Shown: one piece after another, positions 54,253 to 64,000 of the stretch | How positions within the stretch are numbered: the stretch's first letter is position 1 | Layout: every line of letters begins with the position of its first letter | Source of the DNA: Octopus sinensis | Lineage: Eukaryota | Length of the DNA: 64,000 bases | Assembly (NCBI RefSeq): GCF_006345805.1 | Contig: NC_043000.1 | Span: forward strand, 72,168,001 to 72,232,000 | Direction: 5' to 3' | Program-made: the position numbers and the translations under genes | Notes under the pieces: generated by a model | The model's input: only the letters and a program-made list of their open reading frames with translations | Database searches by the model: none | What the model was told of the DNA's origin: nothing

Positions 54253-54344
54253 TAAAACGATTCCTGTTCAATCTGCGTTCAGCTCCATTTCTTCAATTCA
54301 CCAATAATGTTATATATAATATATATATATATATATATGTGTGT

Positions 54345-54419
<75 letters not shown>

Positions 54420-54814
54420 GAGAGGAAGGACGAGAGAGAAAGTAAAAAGTAAAAGAGTCAAAAGTAAGATTAAGAATGGTTAAGAAGCTTTTTAATAATT
54501 ACTATAAATGTTTCGATACATACAGATCCACGTATATACAGGATTTAAATTTAAATTTAAATTTGAATTAAATTATGTAACGATTTACCTGTATAAGAAG
54601 AGCCATATGCATTTCCTCATGCGATATTTAATTTCCGTCTCCGTAAGGAAATCTAGATTTCCATGTTACAACATCCATGGCTCCTTTGAAACTAAAAAAT
54701 GCCGACGGTTTCAATTCGCTTGCTATGAGTGTGTTATCATGTTAGACATGAGCGTCAATGTGTACATTGTCTGTTTATTTATTTAGTTTCAACATGTTAT
54801 TCTGCACATGTCAA

Positions 54815-54852
<38 letters not shown>

Positions 54853-55039
54853 TAAGCAATTAAGGGTTTAGCAACGAATTGCCTTACCACACACCGAATT
54901 TAGAAATAGCAGTCAAAGAGATTATAGCTATTTCTTCTACTAAAAGGGAGATCACAGTAAAGGCACAGCATTTGAAAGGCAAACACAAACAGGTAAAAGA
55001 GAATGAAATAACGGCAATCTATCATACAGTTTTAAGTCA

Positions 55040-55131
55040 CCTACGGACGTACGTTTCGAGATCAAGTCTTAGGAAAGCATAAGAATTAGATAACTCTACT
55101 TTACCCCGACTTCTTCTTTCATCAGCGCAGG
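55040..55131 (-). ncRNA. Type I hammerhead ribozyme (inverted twin of 55646-55737)
   Basis: Reverse complement of the + copy. Confidence 0.8.
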
Positions 55132-55645
55132 ATACTAACAATCATGAATGATTGAATATTGAATTTTGAGATACTAGAAGGCACCAACTCAACTCAGTAT
55201 CAGAGCGAGCTAGAAGCCACAGCTAGTATCACCAAATTCAAAGTATGAATGAAAGCTTGTGTCACCAGTCCCTTCCCACCCGCGTGTAGCCAAGACAAAG
55301 TGCTGTGGTCATTTACTGGGATGAATATGGTTTATGAGTAACAATGAAGGGTGAAATTAATTAATTTGGAACAATTATCAATTACACCAAGTAGTCTTCG
55401 GCATGTAAAAGCCTCATTCGAGGAAAATTTCTACTAAAAGGGAGATCACAGTAAAGGCACAGCATTTGAAAGGCAAACACAAACAGGTAAAAGAGAATGA
55501 ATTAACGGCAATCTACACAAGCTTTCATTCATACTTTGAATTTGGTGATACTAGCTGTGGCTTCTAGCTCGCTCTGATACTGAGTTGAGTTGGTGCCTTC
55601 TAGTATCTCAAAATTCAATATTCAATCATTCATGATTGTTAGTAT

Positions 55646-55737
55646 CCTGCGCTGATGAAAGAAGAAGTCGGGGTAAAGTAGAGTTATCTAATTCTTATGC
55701 TTTCCTAAGACTTGATCTCGAAACGTACGTCCGTAGG
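55646..55737 (+). ncRNA. Type I hammerhead ribozyme
   Basis: Stem I CCTGCG/CGTAGG; CTGATGA at 55652-58; imperfect stem II AAGAAGAAGTC/GACTTGATCTC; GAAA at 55720-23; C[GTAC]G; GUC at 55729-31. Confidence 0.8.
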
Positions 55738-56027
55738 TGACTTAAAACTGTATGATAGATTGCCGTTAATTCATTCTCTTTTACCTGTTTGTGTTTGCCT
55801 TTCAAATGCTGTGCCTTTACTGTGATCTCCCTTTTAGTAGAAGAAATAGCTATAATCTCTTTGACTGCTATTCTAAATTCGGTGTGTGGTAAGGCAATTC
55901 GTTGCTAAACCCTTAATTGCTTAGTATTACTTAAATTTTCCTCGAATGAGGCTTTTACATGCCGAAGACTACTTGGTGTAATTGATAATTGTTCCAAATT
56001 AATTAATTTCACCCTTCATTGTTACTT

Positions 56028-56072
<45 letters not shown>

Positions 56073-56273
56073 GTATGTATTTTTCCCTTGTTAACAATTA
56101 ACACGGAAAAAAATAGATAAATAGTTACGAGGGTAGCAAAAAATCACACAAGTAAAAAGCTTGTAACTCCTTGTTTTTGAAGGTAGAAACTTCGGGTTTA
56201 CGTGAAATATTTTGTATAATATATATATAAATAAATAAATGGAGTTAAACGCAGGTGGTATTCATATTCTTTT

Positions 56274-56353
56274 ACTTCCGACACATGTTTCGAAGATAAG
56301 GAAGATAAGGAATAAATTGGTGTAAAATAATGTAATCTTCTCTTCAGGGAAAT
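56274..56353 (-). ncRNA. Type I hammerhead ribozyme
   Basis: Minus strand: stem I ATTTCC/GGAAGT; CTGAAGA (56347-41); stem II GAAGAT/ATCTTC; GAAA (56291-88); C[ATGT]G; GUC (56282-80). Confidence 0.8.
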
Positions 56354-56954
56354 GAAGAAATGAAACTCGTCAATAAGACATTTTAACAGAAGATGAAGGA
56401 TATGTATAGTGATTAACTGAACGCTTTTAGGTTTGTTTCAAAAAACGTTAGAGGATATAACGTCAAAAGTAGCCTATAGAAAGAGGAGGGTTAAAGGAAA
56501 GAAAAATTTTTTAAAATGAGAAGTATATAACTATATGTATATTAAATGAAACCCTATAGTCTTGGAAAAAGATATATCTAGTGAATGTGAAATGTAAGAA
56601 GAAAATTAATGTTTAAATTATATATAATGGTAGGTATCACTTATATGAACTAAAGGTGTGGTTCTGCCAATGTTTACATCGGTATGCACGCTCTATAACC
56701 GTGTTTACAAAGGGATTTTTAGAAAAAAAGAATAAAAAATAGTTCAGAATTACAGAGAAGACAGAATTCCTTGCGTTTCTATTGAGGTTGAGAGAATCAA
56801 CCAATCTAAATTAAATTGTTTATTGTGGTCTTTTATATATATATATATATATATATAAAGTTAATCCAAACAAGAAAAACAAAAAAGACAACAACGCAAA
56901 AAGTGGAACAATTAAAGTATTATTAGGCGCTCAGGAAAAAAGGGGAAGAAGGAG

Positions 56955-56990
56955 GGTATGACGTTTCGAGCGGAGCTCTTCGTCGGAAAC
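56955..56990 (-). ncRNA. Minimal hammerhead-like motif in the Penelope pLTR tail (variant core)
   Basis: CCGACGA-A-GAGC[TCC]GCTC-GAAA-CG-TC; U4 is replaced by C and stem I pairing is poor. Confidence 0.45.
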
Positions 56991-57129
56991 ATAAGAGAAA
57001 GAAAGATCCCGAGGTGGGAGGACAGAGGGAAAAAAACGCGAGTGGTCTTCACGTGGTAAACATACTGAGAGGCGGAAGTCGTAGACGAGAGGGGACAGGT
57101 TTTCAAAGACAGGAGAGCGGAAAAAGAAG

Positions 57130-60100
57130 GAAGGTAAAAACACAATGAGTGGGATGAAGAGTGTGTGTATGCGAGTGTGTATGTATGTATATGTTTGGCG
57201 GCGGCTAGTAGCAAGCGGTGTGCGAGATGACAAGTGTAGTTTATTAGTGCGTGCGTCTGTGTGTATGTGTGTGTATGTTGGACGAAGCCTAGTGGACGTA
57301 GCAGTCACAGGTCAGTGGCAAAAAGAGGAAGAAGGTAGAAGGGGACCGTCACAGGTCAGTGGCAAAAGGAGGAAAGAAGGAAGCAGGGGAATGTGTGCGT
57401 GCGTGTGTGTGTTTTGTTGTAGTATGTGTGTGTACGTGTGCGTTAGTAACTTTGCTTAGCAGAGTGTATGTGTAGGTGTGTGTGTGTGCTTATATGTGCG
57501 TATATGTATACTTGTGTGCATGTATGTATGTGTGCGTGCGCGTGTGTGCGCATGTTTAGGTGTGCGTATGTATGTGTGTGTCAGTGCTTATATGTGTGTA
57601 CGTATGTGTATGTGTGCGTGCGCGTGGAGGTATATGTTGGGTGTGTGTATGTGCCGGTGTGCATGTGAATTTGTGTGTGTTTGTACGTGTGTAAGTGTGT
57701 GTGCGTGTGTTGTATATATATATGTAAATGTGTGTGTGTGAGTGCGTGGGAGTGAATGTATGTATGTGTGTGCGTGTGTGTACAAAAAGTAGGGGTATTA
57801 TATGTGTGTTAATATGTTTGTGTGTGTGTATATATATGCATGCAAGGAAACAAAATGCAACTGACGGAATGATGGAAAAATACTCCAGCGGTGACAGGCG
57901 TAAGAGAAACCCAGAACGCGCCGGCCCCAGATACGAACCCGAGATTTAGCCAGAACCCACAAGCGTGGTGCATGCATGTGTGTATGCGTGCGCGAGCGCG
58001 CGCATGCATGTGTGTGCGCGTGCATGCGAGTGTGTGTGTAAGTATGTCTGTGTGTATGTGTGAGTGTGTATGTGTGTATGTCTGTGTGTCTGTGTGTCCG
58101 TATGAATGTATGTAAGTATGTGTGTGTGTATATGTGTGTATGTATAGGTGTATGTATGTATGTATGTATGTATGTATGTGTGTGTGTGTGAGTGTGTATG
58201 TATGTATGTGTGGAAGTGTGTGTATGTGCATGTGTGTGCGCGTGCATGCGAGTGTGTGTGTAACTATGTGTGCGTGTATGTATGTGTGAGTGTGTAGGTG
58301 TGTATGTCTGTGTGTATATGTGTCCGTATGAGTGTATGTGAGTATGTATGGGTGTGTGTCTGTGTGTGTTTGTGTGTGTGTATGTATGTATAGATGTATG
58401 AGTGAAGGTATGAATGTATGTGTGTGTGTACGTATGTAATGTATGTATGTATGCGTGTGTGTGTGTGTATGTATGAGTGTGTGTGTGTATGTAGGTGCGT
58501 ATGTATGTGTGTGGGAGTGTAGGTGTGTGTGTGTGTATGTGTGCGTGTATATGTTGGTGTGTGTGTATGTGTGTGTGAGTGTGAGTGTATGGGTGTATGT
58601 CATGCATGTGTGTGCGCGTGTAGGCGAGTGTGTGTGTAAGTATGTGTGTGTGTATGTATGTGTGAGTGTGTATGTGTGTATGTCTGTGTGTATGCGTGTC
58701 CGTATGAGAGTATGTAAGTGTGTGTGTGTGTATATGTGTATGTGTATGGGTGTATGTATGTATGTATGTGTGTGTGTGTATGTATGTATGTATGTATGTG
58801 TGGAAGTGTGTGTGTATGTATGTGTGTGTGCATGTATGTGTGCATGCGTGTGTGTGTGTATGTATGTATGCGTGTATGTGTGTGTATGTATGCGTGCAAG
58901 CATGCATGTGCGTATGTGTGTGTGTGTGCATGTGTGTAAGTATATGTGTATGTGCGTATATGTGTGTGTATGTGTGTGTGTGTATGTATGTGTGTATGCA
59001 TGTGTGTAGGCGTGTGTGTATAGGTGTATGTGTATATGTATGTATGGGTGTGTGTCTGTGTATGTTTGTGTGCGTGTGTATGTATGTATGTATGTATGAG
59101 TGAAGGTATGAATGTATGTAAGTGTGTGTGTATGAATGTATGTAAGTGTTTGTATGTATGTATATGGGAGTGTAGGTGTGTGTGTGTGTGTATGTGTGCG
59201 TGTGCGTGTATATGTGGGTGTGTGTGTATGTGTGTGAGTGTGAGTGTAAGGGTGTATGTCTGTGTGTATGTATGCCTTATGTATGTATGTGTGTGTATGT
59301 ATATACGTGTGTGTATGTGTGTGTGTGTGTAGGTATGTATGTGTGTGTGTATGTGTGTGTGTATGTATGTGTGTAAGTGTGTGTGCGTGTATGTATGTAG
59401 GTATGTAGGTGTGCGCACGGGCATGCAAGCATGTGTGTATGTATGTATGTATACATACGCACGCACAACACACGCAGCGAGCTCACACACACGACACACA
59501 AACAACACAACGCACGCATATGGGGCCGACCCGACCGCAGACCCGTGCCAGGGCGCGCGCGCGCGCGGATCCCCGAACACCCGCACCACGAGAACCGAAG
59601 ATCCATCAACCCATAAACCCGAAAGAAGGGGGGTGCGCCAAGATGCAAATATATGTATGTGTGTGTGCATTCGTGTAAACGTGTGCGTGTGTAGGTATGT
59701 ATGTGTGTGTGCATGCGTGTATGTGTGCATGTGTGTGAGTGTATGTATGTATGTGTGTAAAGTATGTATGTACAATGTGTGTGTGTGTGTATGTGTGTAT
59801 GTATGTGCGTATGTATGTGTGTATGTATGTATGTATGTGTGTATGTATGTATATGTGTGTGTAAGTATGTATGTGTGTGTGTGTGTATGTATGTATGTGT
59901 GTACGTATGTGCATGTTTGTTTGTTTGTGTGTGTATGTATGTATATATGTATGTGTGATTAAATGTGTGAATGTATGTACGTAGATGTGTATAAGTATGT
60001 GCGTGTGCGTGTGTGAACGGGCGTGTGTGTGTGCGCGTGGGTATGTATAGGTGTGGAAGTATGTGTGCGTACAAGTGAGTGAGTAGGTTGTGTGTGTGTG

Positions 60101-60175
60101 GTGTGTTGGAGGTTGGTGTGTAGGAGGTAGGTGTGTAGGAGGTAGGTGTGTAGGAGGTAGGTGTGTGTGTGTGTG
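57130..60175. repeat. About 3-kb (GT)n/(GTAT)n compound array with higher-order internal duplications
   Basis: Recurring landmarks (GAGTGAAGGTATGAATG at about 58400 and 59098; GGGAGTGTAGGTGTG at about 58513 and 59166) and two GC-rich islands at about 57840-57970 and 59400-59650. Confidence 0.9.
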
Positions 60176-60198
60176 TGGGGGGGTTCCGAAAAAAAAAC

Positions 60199-62303
60199 CT
60201 AAGAGGAGGGGCCTGTGTTGAGTCCGTGTGGGGTAGTGGTTTGTAAGGTGAAGATGTAGCGTTGCTCCAAGTGGAGCCTAGATAGAGGACGACCGTTGTG
60301 TGGGGCGAGACCAAACACTGAGATGTCATCTGGGGAATGGCTGGCCGAGCAGAAGTGGCGGGCGACGGGAGAAAAAGAGCGTAGGCAAACGTCCCTCAGA
60401 TGTTCTGCGAATCGGTCAGACATCCGGCGACCCGTCTGTCCTACATACAGCATCCCGCATAGGTTGCATTTAATGCAGTATATGAGGCCAGACGAGGTGC
60501 ACGTAAAAGAATGTCTAATACGTACAGTTCGCCGGTTGGAGCCGGTAACAGCAGTGGTGTTGGTGATGAAGGGGCAGGTGTTGCAGCGGGATCTAGAGCA
60601 CGGGAATGATCCGTGTGGGGCTGAGGGGGAAGGAGAGAGGGTGCTATGGACCAGGAGGTCGCGTAGATTCCAGGCTCATTTGAAGGAGGACAGGGGTGAG
60701 TTGGGGAAAATGGGGCGGGTAGTGGGATCGAGCTGGAGGCGACGGAAGGCACGTAGTATCTTCCGACGAAGGGGTAGAGTAGAGGGGTGGAAAAGGGGGG
60801 GAAGGGGTGCGGTTGGGGGTGGGTGATAGGAAGGTGACAGGGCAGTGGTGCGGTCGATGCGACGGGCGCGGGCGAAGGCATTTGAGATGAGTGTAGGTGG
60901 GTAACCTCGGAGTCTGAACAGGCGTGCCAGGTATTGAGATTGAGTCTCGAAATCCTGGTCGCGGCTGCACAAGCGTCGGAGGCGGAGGAACTGGGAGTAG
61001 GGGATGGCCCGTTTGGTGTGGAAGGGGTGGGAGGAGGAGAAGTTGAGATAGAGGTGGGAATCCGTGGGTTTAAAGAAGGCAGTGGTGGTGAGAGAGTGGG
61101 GGGGTCGATTCGGAGAGAGATGTCAAGTAAGTTGACAGATGTGTTGGAGATGGTTGAGGTGAATTGTAGAGAGGGGTGAAAGTTGGAAAGGAAAGAGATG
61201 AATTGGCAGAGAAGTTCACGGGAAAGGGAGGTGGCGCCTATGCAGTCGTCTATATAGCGACCGTATAGTTCAGGGGTCGGCCCGGAGAATTGAGAGAATA
61301 CTTCGGCCTCAATGTAGCCAAGAAAGAGATTAGCGAAATTGGGGCCCATTCTCGTTCCCATCGCGACCCCGGACACCTGTTGGCACGTTACCCCGGCGAA
61401 CGTGAAACAGTTGAGGGTGAGGACGAGCTCAGCCAAGCGGAGGAGGGTGGGGTGCTAGGGGTGGGGTCGGGACGACGGTCGAGGAAGTGTTGGAGGGCTA
61501 GGAGACCGTCATTATGGGGAATCACAGTGTACAGGGATTTTACATCTAAGGTGAAGAGGTGTGAGGGGCTGGAAGGGAAGGAAAAGGAATTAAAGAGACG
61601 GAGGGCGTGGTTGGTGTCGTGTATGTGGGATGGGAGGGCTGCGACTAAGGGGGACAGGATGCGGTCGAGGTATAGGGAAATGTGTTCAGTGGGGCAATTA
61701 CAGGCAGAGACTATGGGACGGCCAGGATTATTGGGTTCATGGATCTTGGGAAGGAAATAGATGGTGGAGGTGCGGGGTGTGCGGACGATGAGGTTGGTGG
61801 CGGTGGGGGGGAGAGCAGAAGAGGAGATGAAGCCGCGGATGGTGGAGGACACTCGCTGTTGGTGGGAGGAGGTGGGATCGGAGGGGAGGAGGCGATAGAA
61901 GAGGGGATTTTGAAGCTGGCTGAGCGCTTCCTCCCTGTATAGATCCGCGCGCCACACCACCACTGCCCCGCCTTTGTCCGCCGGTTTGATGACATTGACA
62001 TTGCGGCGGCGGAGGTGGCGAAGGGCAATCGATTCAGCCCGAGTGAGGTTGTCTCGGAGGGGTCTTTGTTCAAAGTTGAACTAGTGGACCAACGCGTTGC
62101 AGTCATGCACAAACAAATCTAGGCTACTGAATAGGCCTGAGGGCGGCCTCCAGTTGGATGGACGGCGCCCCAGCTCCAAAAGGCAATCCTGATTGTTGTG
62201 ACGCTGCGGGGACGCGTGGAAGAATGCGCAAAATTTGAGGCGGCGCAGGAACAGGTTGACGTCAGTCCGAGTCTCGAACTCATCACAGTGGCGCGTGAGA
62301 GGC
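60199..62303 (-). pseudogene. Penelope RT plus GIY-YIG ORF with several frameshifts
   Basis: Assembled from track ORFs 62081-62371, 61388-61963, 60441-61436, 60676-60972 and 60199-60453. Confidence 0.85.
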
Positions 62304-63208
62304 GTATATATATATATATATATACAATGAATGAGGGAATCTAAACGAAGTTCACGAGAATCTTTATTCATTACAAAAATCGTTTTGAGCCATCGGTCCC
62401 TTGCGGATGGAATACTGTATAACTGGTGGTGTTGTACCCTTCGTTGTAGATGTATATCGTCAGGTGTCTTGTTTTAAAAAAGATACCTCGCTCAATAAAC
62501 TCAGTTACTCAATATACTCGATCCACTCAGATCGATTATACAGTATGTTGTTGCTAGTAGGTTGTTGGCAATAACAACAGGGGACGGATACAATTTTCGG
62601 GCTCACTATGGGTCACAGTGAATACATGACAGATTGAAATAACAAAAAAATTAAAAAAAGATAAAAGATAAGAAGTAATAGATAAAATGTAGAAAGATAA
62701 TTGTACACGAGTAGATACAAACCCATACAGACGGACACTCCCCTCCCATACCCACGCTCATGCTGTTAAGAAGGTGTTGCATACGGTTATAAAGAACTAA
62801 GATGTTCTTATCAGAGGCAAAAAGACCAGTGCGGACAGTTTACAGTCGGTTACAGATGACTAGGTCGGGGTGTCTGGCGACGGTTTGATGTACTTATACA
62901 AACTGCCCTGTCACCATAGTCGTATTGTTATAAAGTTTTATGCGTGTATATATATATACATATACATGCTTACACACACACACACACACACACCACACAC
63001 ACACACACAAACATATTTCAGACAAGTACTCATTTATTTATATCTGTGTACTGGCACACGCGCGCACATGCGTGTGCCAGTACACATATCTCTACGTATA
63101 CACACACACACTTATATATACATACATACATACATACATATATATATATATATGTGTGTGTGTGGGGGGTGTATATATATAAATATATATATGTGTGTGA
63201 GGGGGATG

Positions 63209-63244
<36 letters not shown>

Positions 63245-63269
63245 ATCTATATATATATATATATATATA

Positions 63270-63301
63270 CTAGCTGAAGGTGACCCGCTCTACGCGCGGG
63301 T
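63270..63301 (-). mobile_element. Isolated Helitron 3' terminus
   Basis: Minus strand hairpin ACCCGC/GCGGGT followed 9 nt later by CTAG|T, next to (TA)n. Confidence 0.7.
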
Positions 63302-63339
63302 AAGAGTGTGGTTGTTACTTTCTGTTGCTTCCTTTCACC

Positions 63340-63648
63340 ACGTAAAAAGCACCATCCGAACGTGGCCGATTGCAGCGACGCCTTGACTGGCTTCTGTGCC
63401 GGTGGCACGTAAAAAGCACTAACCGATCGTGGCCGCTGCCAGCCCCCCTGGCACCTGTGCTGGCGGCACGAAAAAAGCACCCACTACGCTCACAGAGTGG
63501 TTGGCGTTAGGAAGGGCATCCACCTGTAGAAACACTTCCAGATCAGACTGGAGCCTGGTGCAGCCTCCTGGCTTCCCAGACCCCAGTCGAACCGTCCAAC
63601 CCATGCTAGCACGGAAAACGGACGTTAAACGATGATGATGCTGATGAT
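63340..63648 (+). mobile_element. SINE-like element with RTE-type 3' tail (family D)
   Basis: Three internal GGCACGTAAAAAGCAC-like repeats, GGCGTTAGGAAGGGCATCC, and the ending GGACGTTAAAC(GAT)n. Confidence 0.75.
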
Positions 63649-64000
63649 TGTCCCTCTTTGTTTCTCACTCCTTTCTCTCTCACCTTCCCACTCTCTTACT
63701 TTTCTTTCTCTCGGACTCTCCCTCGCTTTTTCTTACTCTCTATCTTTCTCTATCTCTCTCCCATTTATAAACAACAAAATATCTTGAGTAAGTTCAGAAA
63801 TAAAATATTTAGAAAGATCAATCATAAATATCAGGCAGTGGCAACGGAAAGGTCTGCTTCAAGGCAGACAGCAAAACGCTAACATTTAAAAGGGACAGAC
63901 GAACTTGCGAGCTGAATAAAAATAATAAAATATTGGAAACCAAAGTTTGAAGGGATAGAATGTGAGGATAGTAAAGTTACCATGGCTGGCATTTCTTAAC

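Larger units (their letters stand above)
54850..56028. mobile_element. Divergent inverted array of an approximately 580-nt hammerhead-containing unit (retrozyme or Penelope pLTR-like)
   Basis: 54850-55262 is the near-identical reverse complement of 55515-55926. 55337-55428 is mirrored at about 55933-56026, and 55429-55514 is a partial extra copy. Confidence 0.8.
56860..62303 (-). mobile_element. Penelope-like retroelement (Neptune-like), 5'-truncated, with a 3-kb microsatellite array in its 3' region
   Basis: RT TLDVKSLYT..GVAMGTRMGPNFANLF..RYIDD; linker CSRSRCNTC; GIY-YIG LIYCIKC..YVGQTGR..RFAEH..PHGLN; pLTR-like tail at 56860-57130. Confidence 0.85.

Noticed and set aside
55941-55980. CGAATGA-GGC..GCC-GAAG, a hammerhead-like look-alike in the second segment of the 55-kb unit
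   Set aside because: At least three core deviations, no convincing stems I or III, and the homologous 39.8-kb segment lacks the core.
57468-60329. Very long ORFs (up to 554 aa) rich in HT, YI or CV
   Set aside because: They are translations of GT/GTAT microsatellite, which lacks stop codons in several frames; the same applies to the ORFs at 1-271, 4277-4967, 9931-10221, 14934-15368 and 40155-40548.
62370-62470. Minus-strand CTGACGA with a downstream CCATC/GATGG hairpin and CTCAAAACG
   Set aside because: The core halves do not flank the same stem and GAAA is absent.

Overview
AT-rich eukaryotic DNA packed with transposons and microsatellites. The SINE and LINE families look like those of an octopod cephalopod (inferred from family recognition, not from a search). 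No bacterial features, CRISPR array, rRNA gene or true tRNA gene were found. Almost every long ORF in the track is either microsatellite translation or a transposon fragment. Recognisable elements: several tRNA-derived and RTE-tailed SINE families; R4/Dong-like REL LINE pieces sitting in (AAT)n tracts; Tx1-like and RTE LINE remnants; a Neptune-like Penelope element with RT and GIY-YIG; three mariners, one nearly intact; a maT/DD37D-type element; a Buster-type hAT with a perfect 8-bp TSD; two Mutator-like TIR elements; and Helitron/Helentron non-autonomous elements. Host-gene evidence is weak: one plausible signal-peptide first exon on + at 2868-2936 and a few speculative exons. The most striking observation is a set of seven type I hammerhead-ribozyme motifs from several unrelated sequence families. 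Five cluster at 54.1-57.0 kb next to the Penelope element. Most have a 1-2 bp stem III capped by a palindromic loop, and three of the carrier units have inverted terminal duplications. This is the architecture known from Penelope pseudo-LTRs and non-autonomous retrozymes that make circular RNAs. All ribozyme folds were done by eye and need computational and biochemical confirmation.
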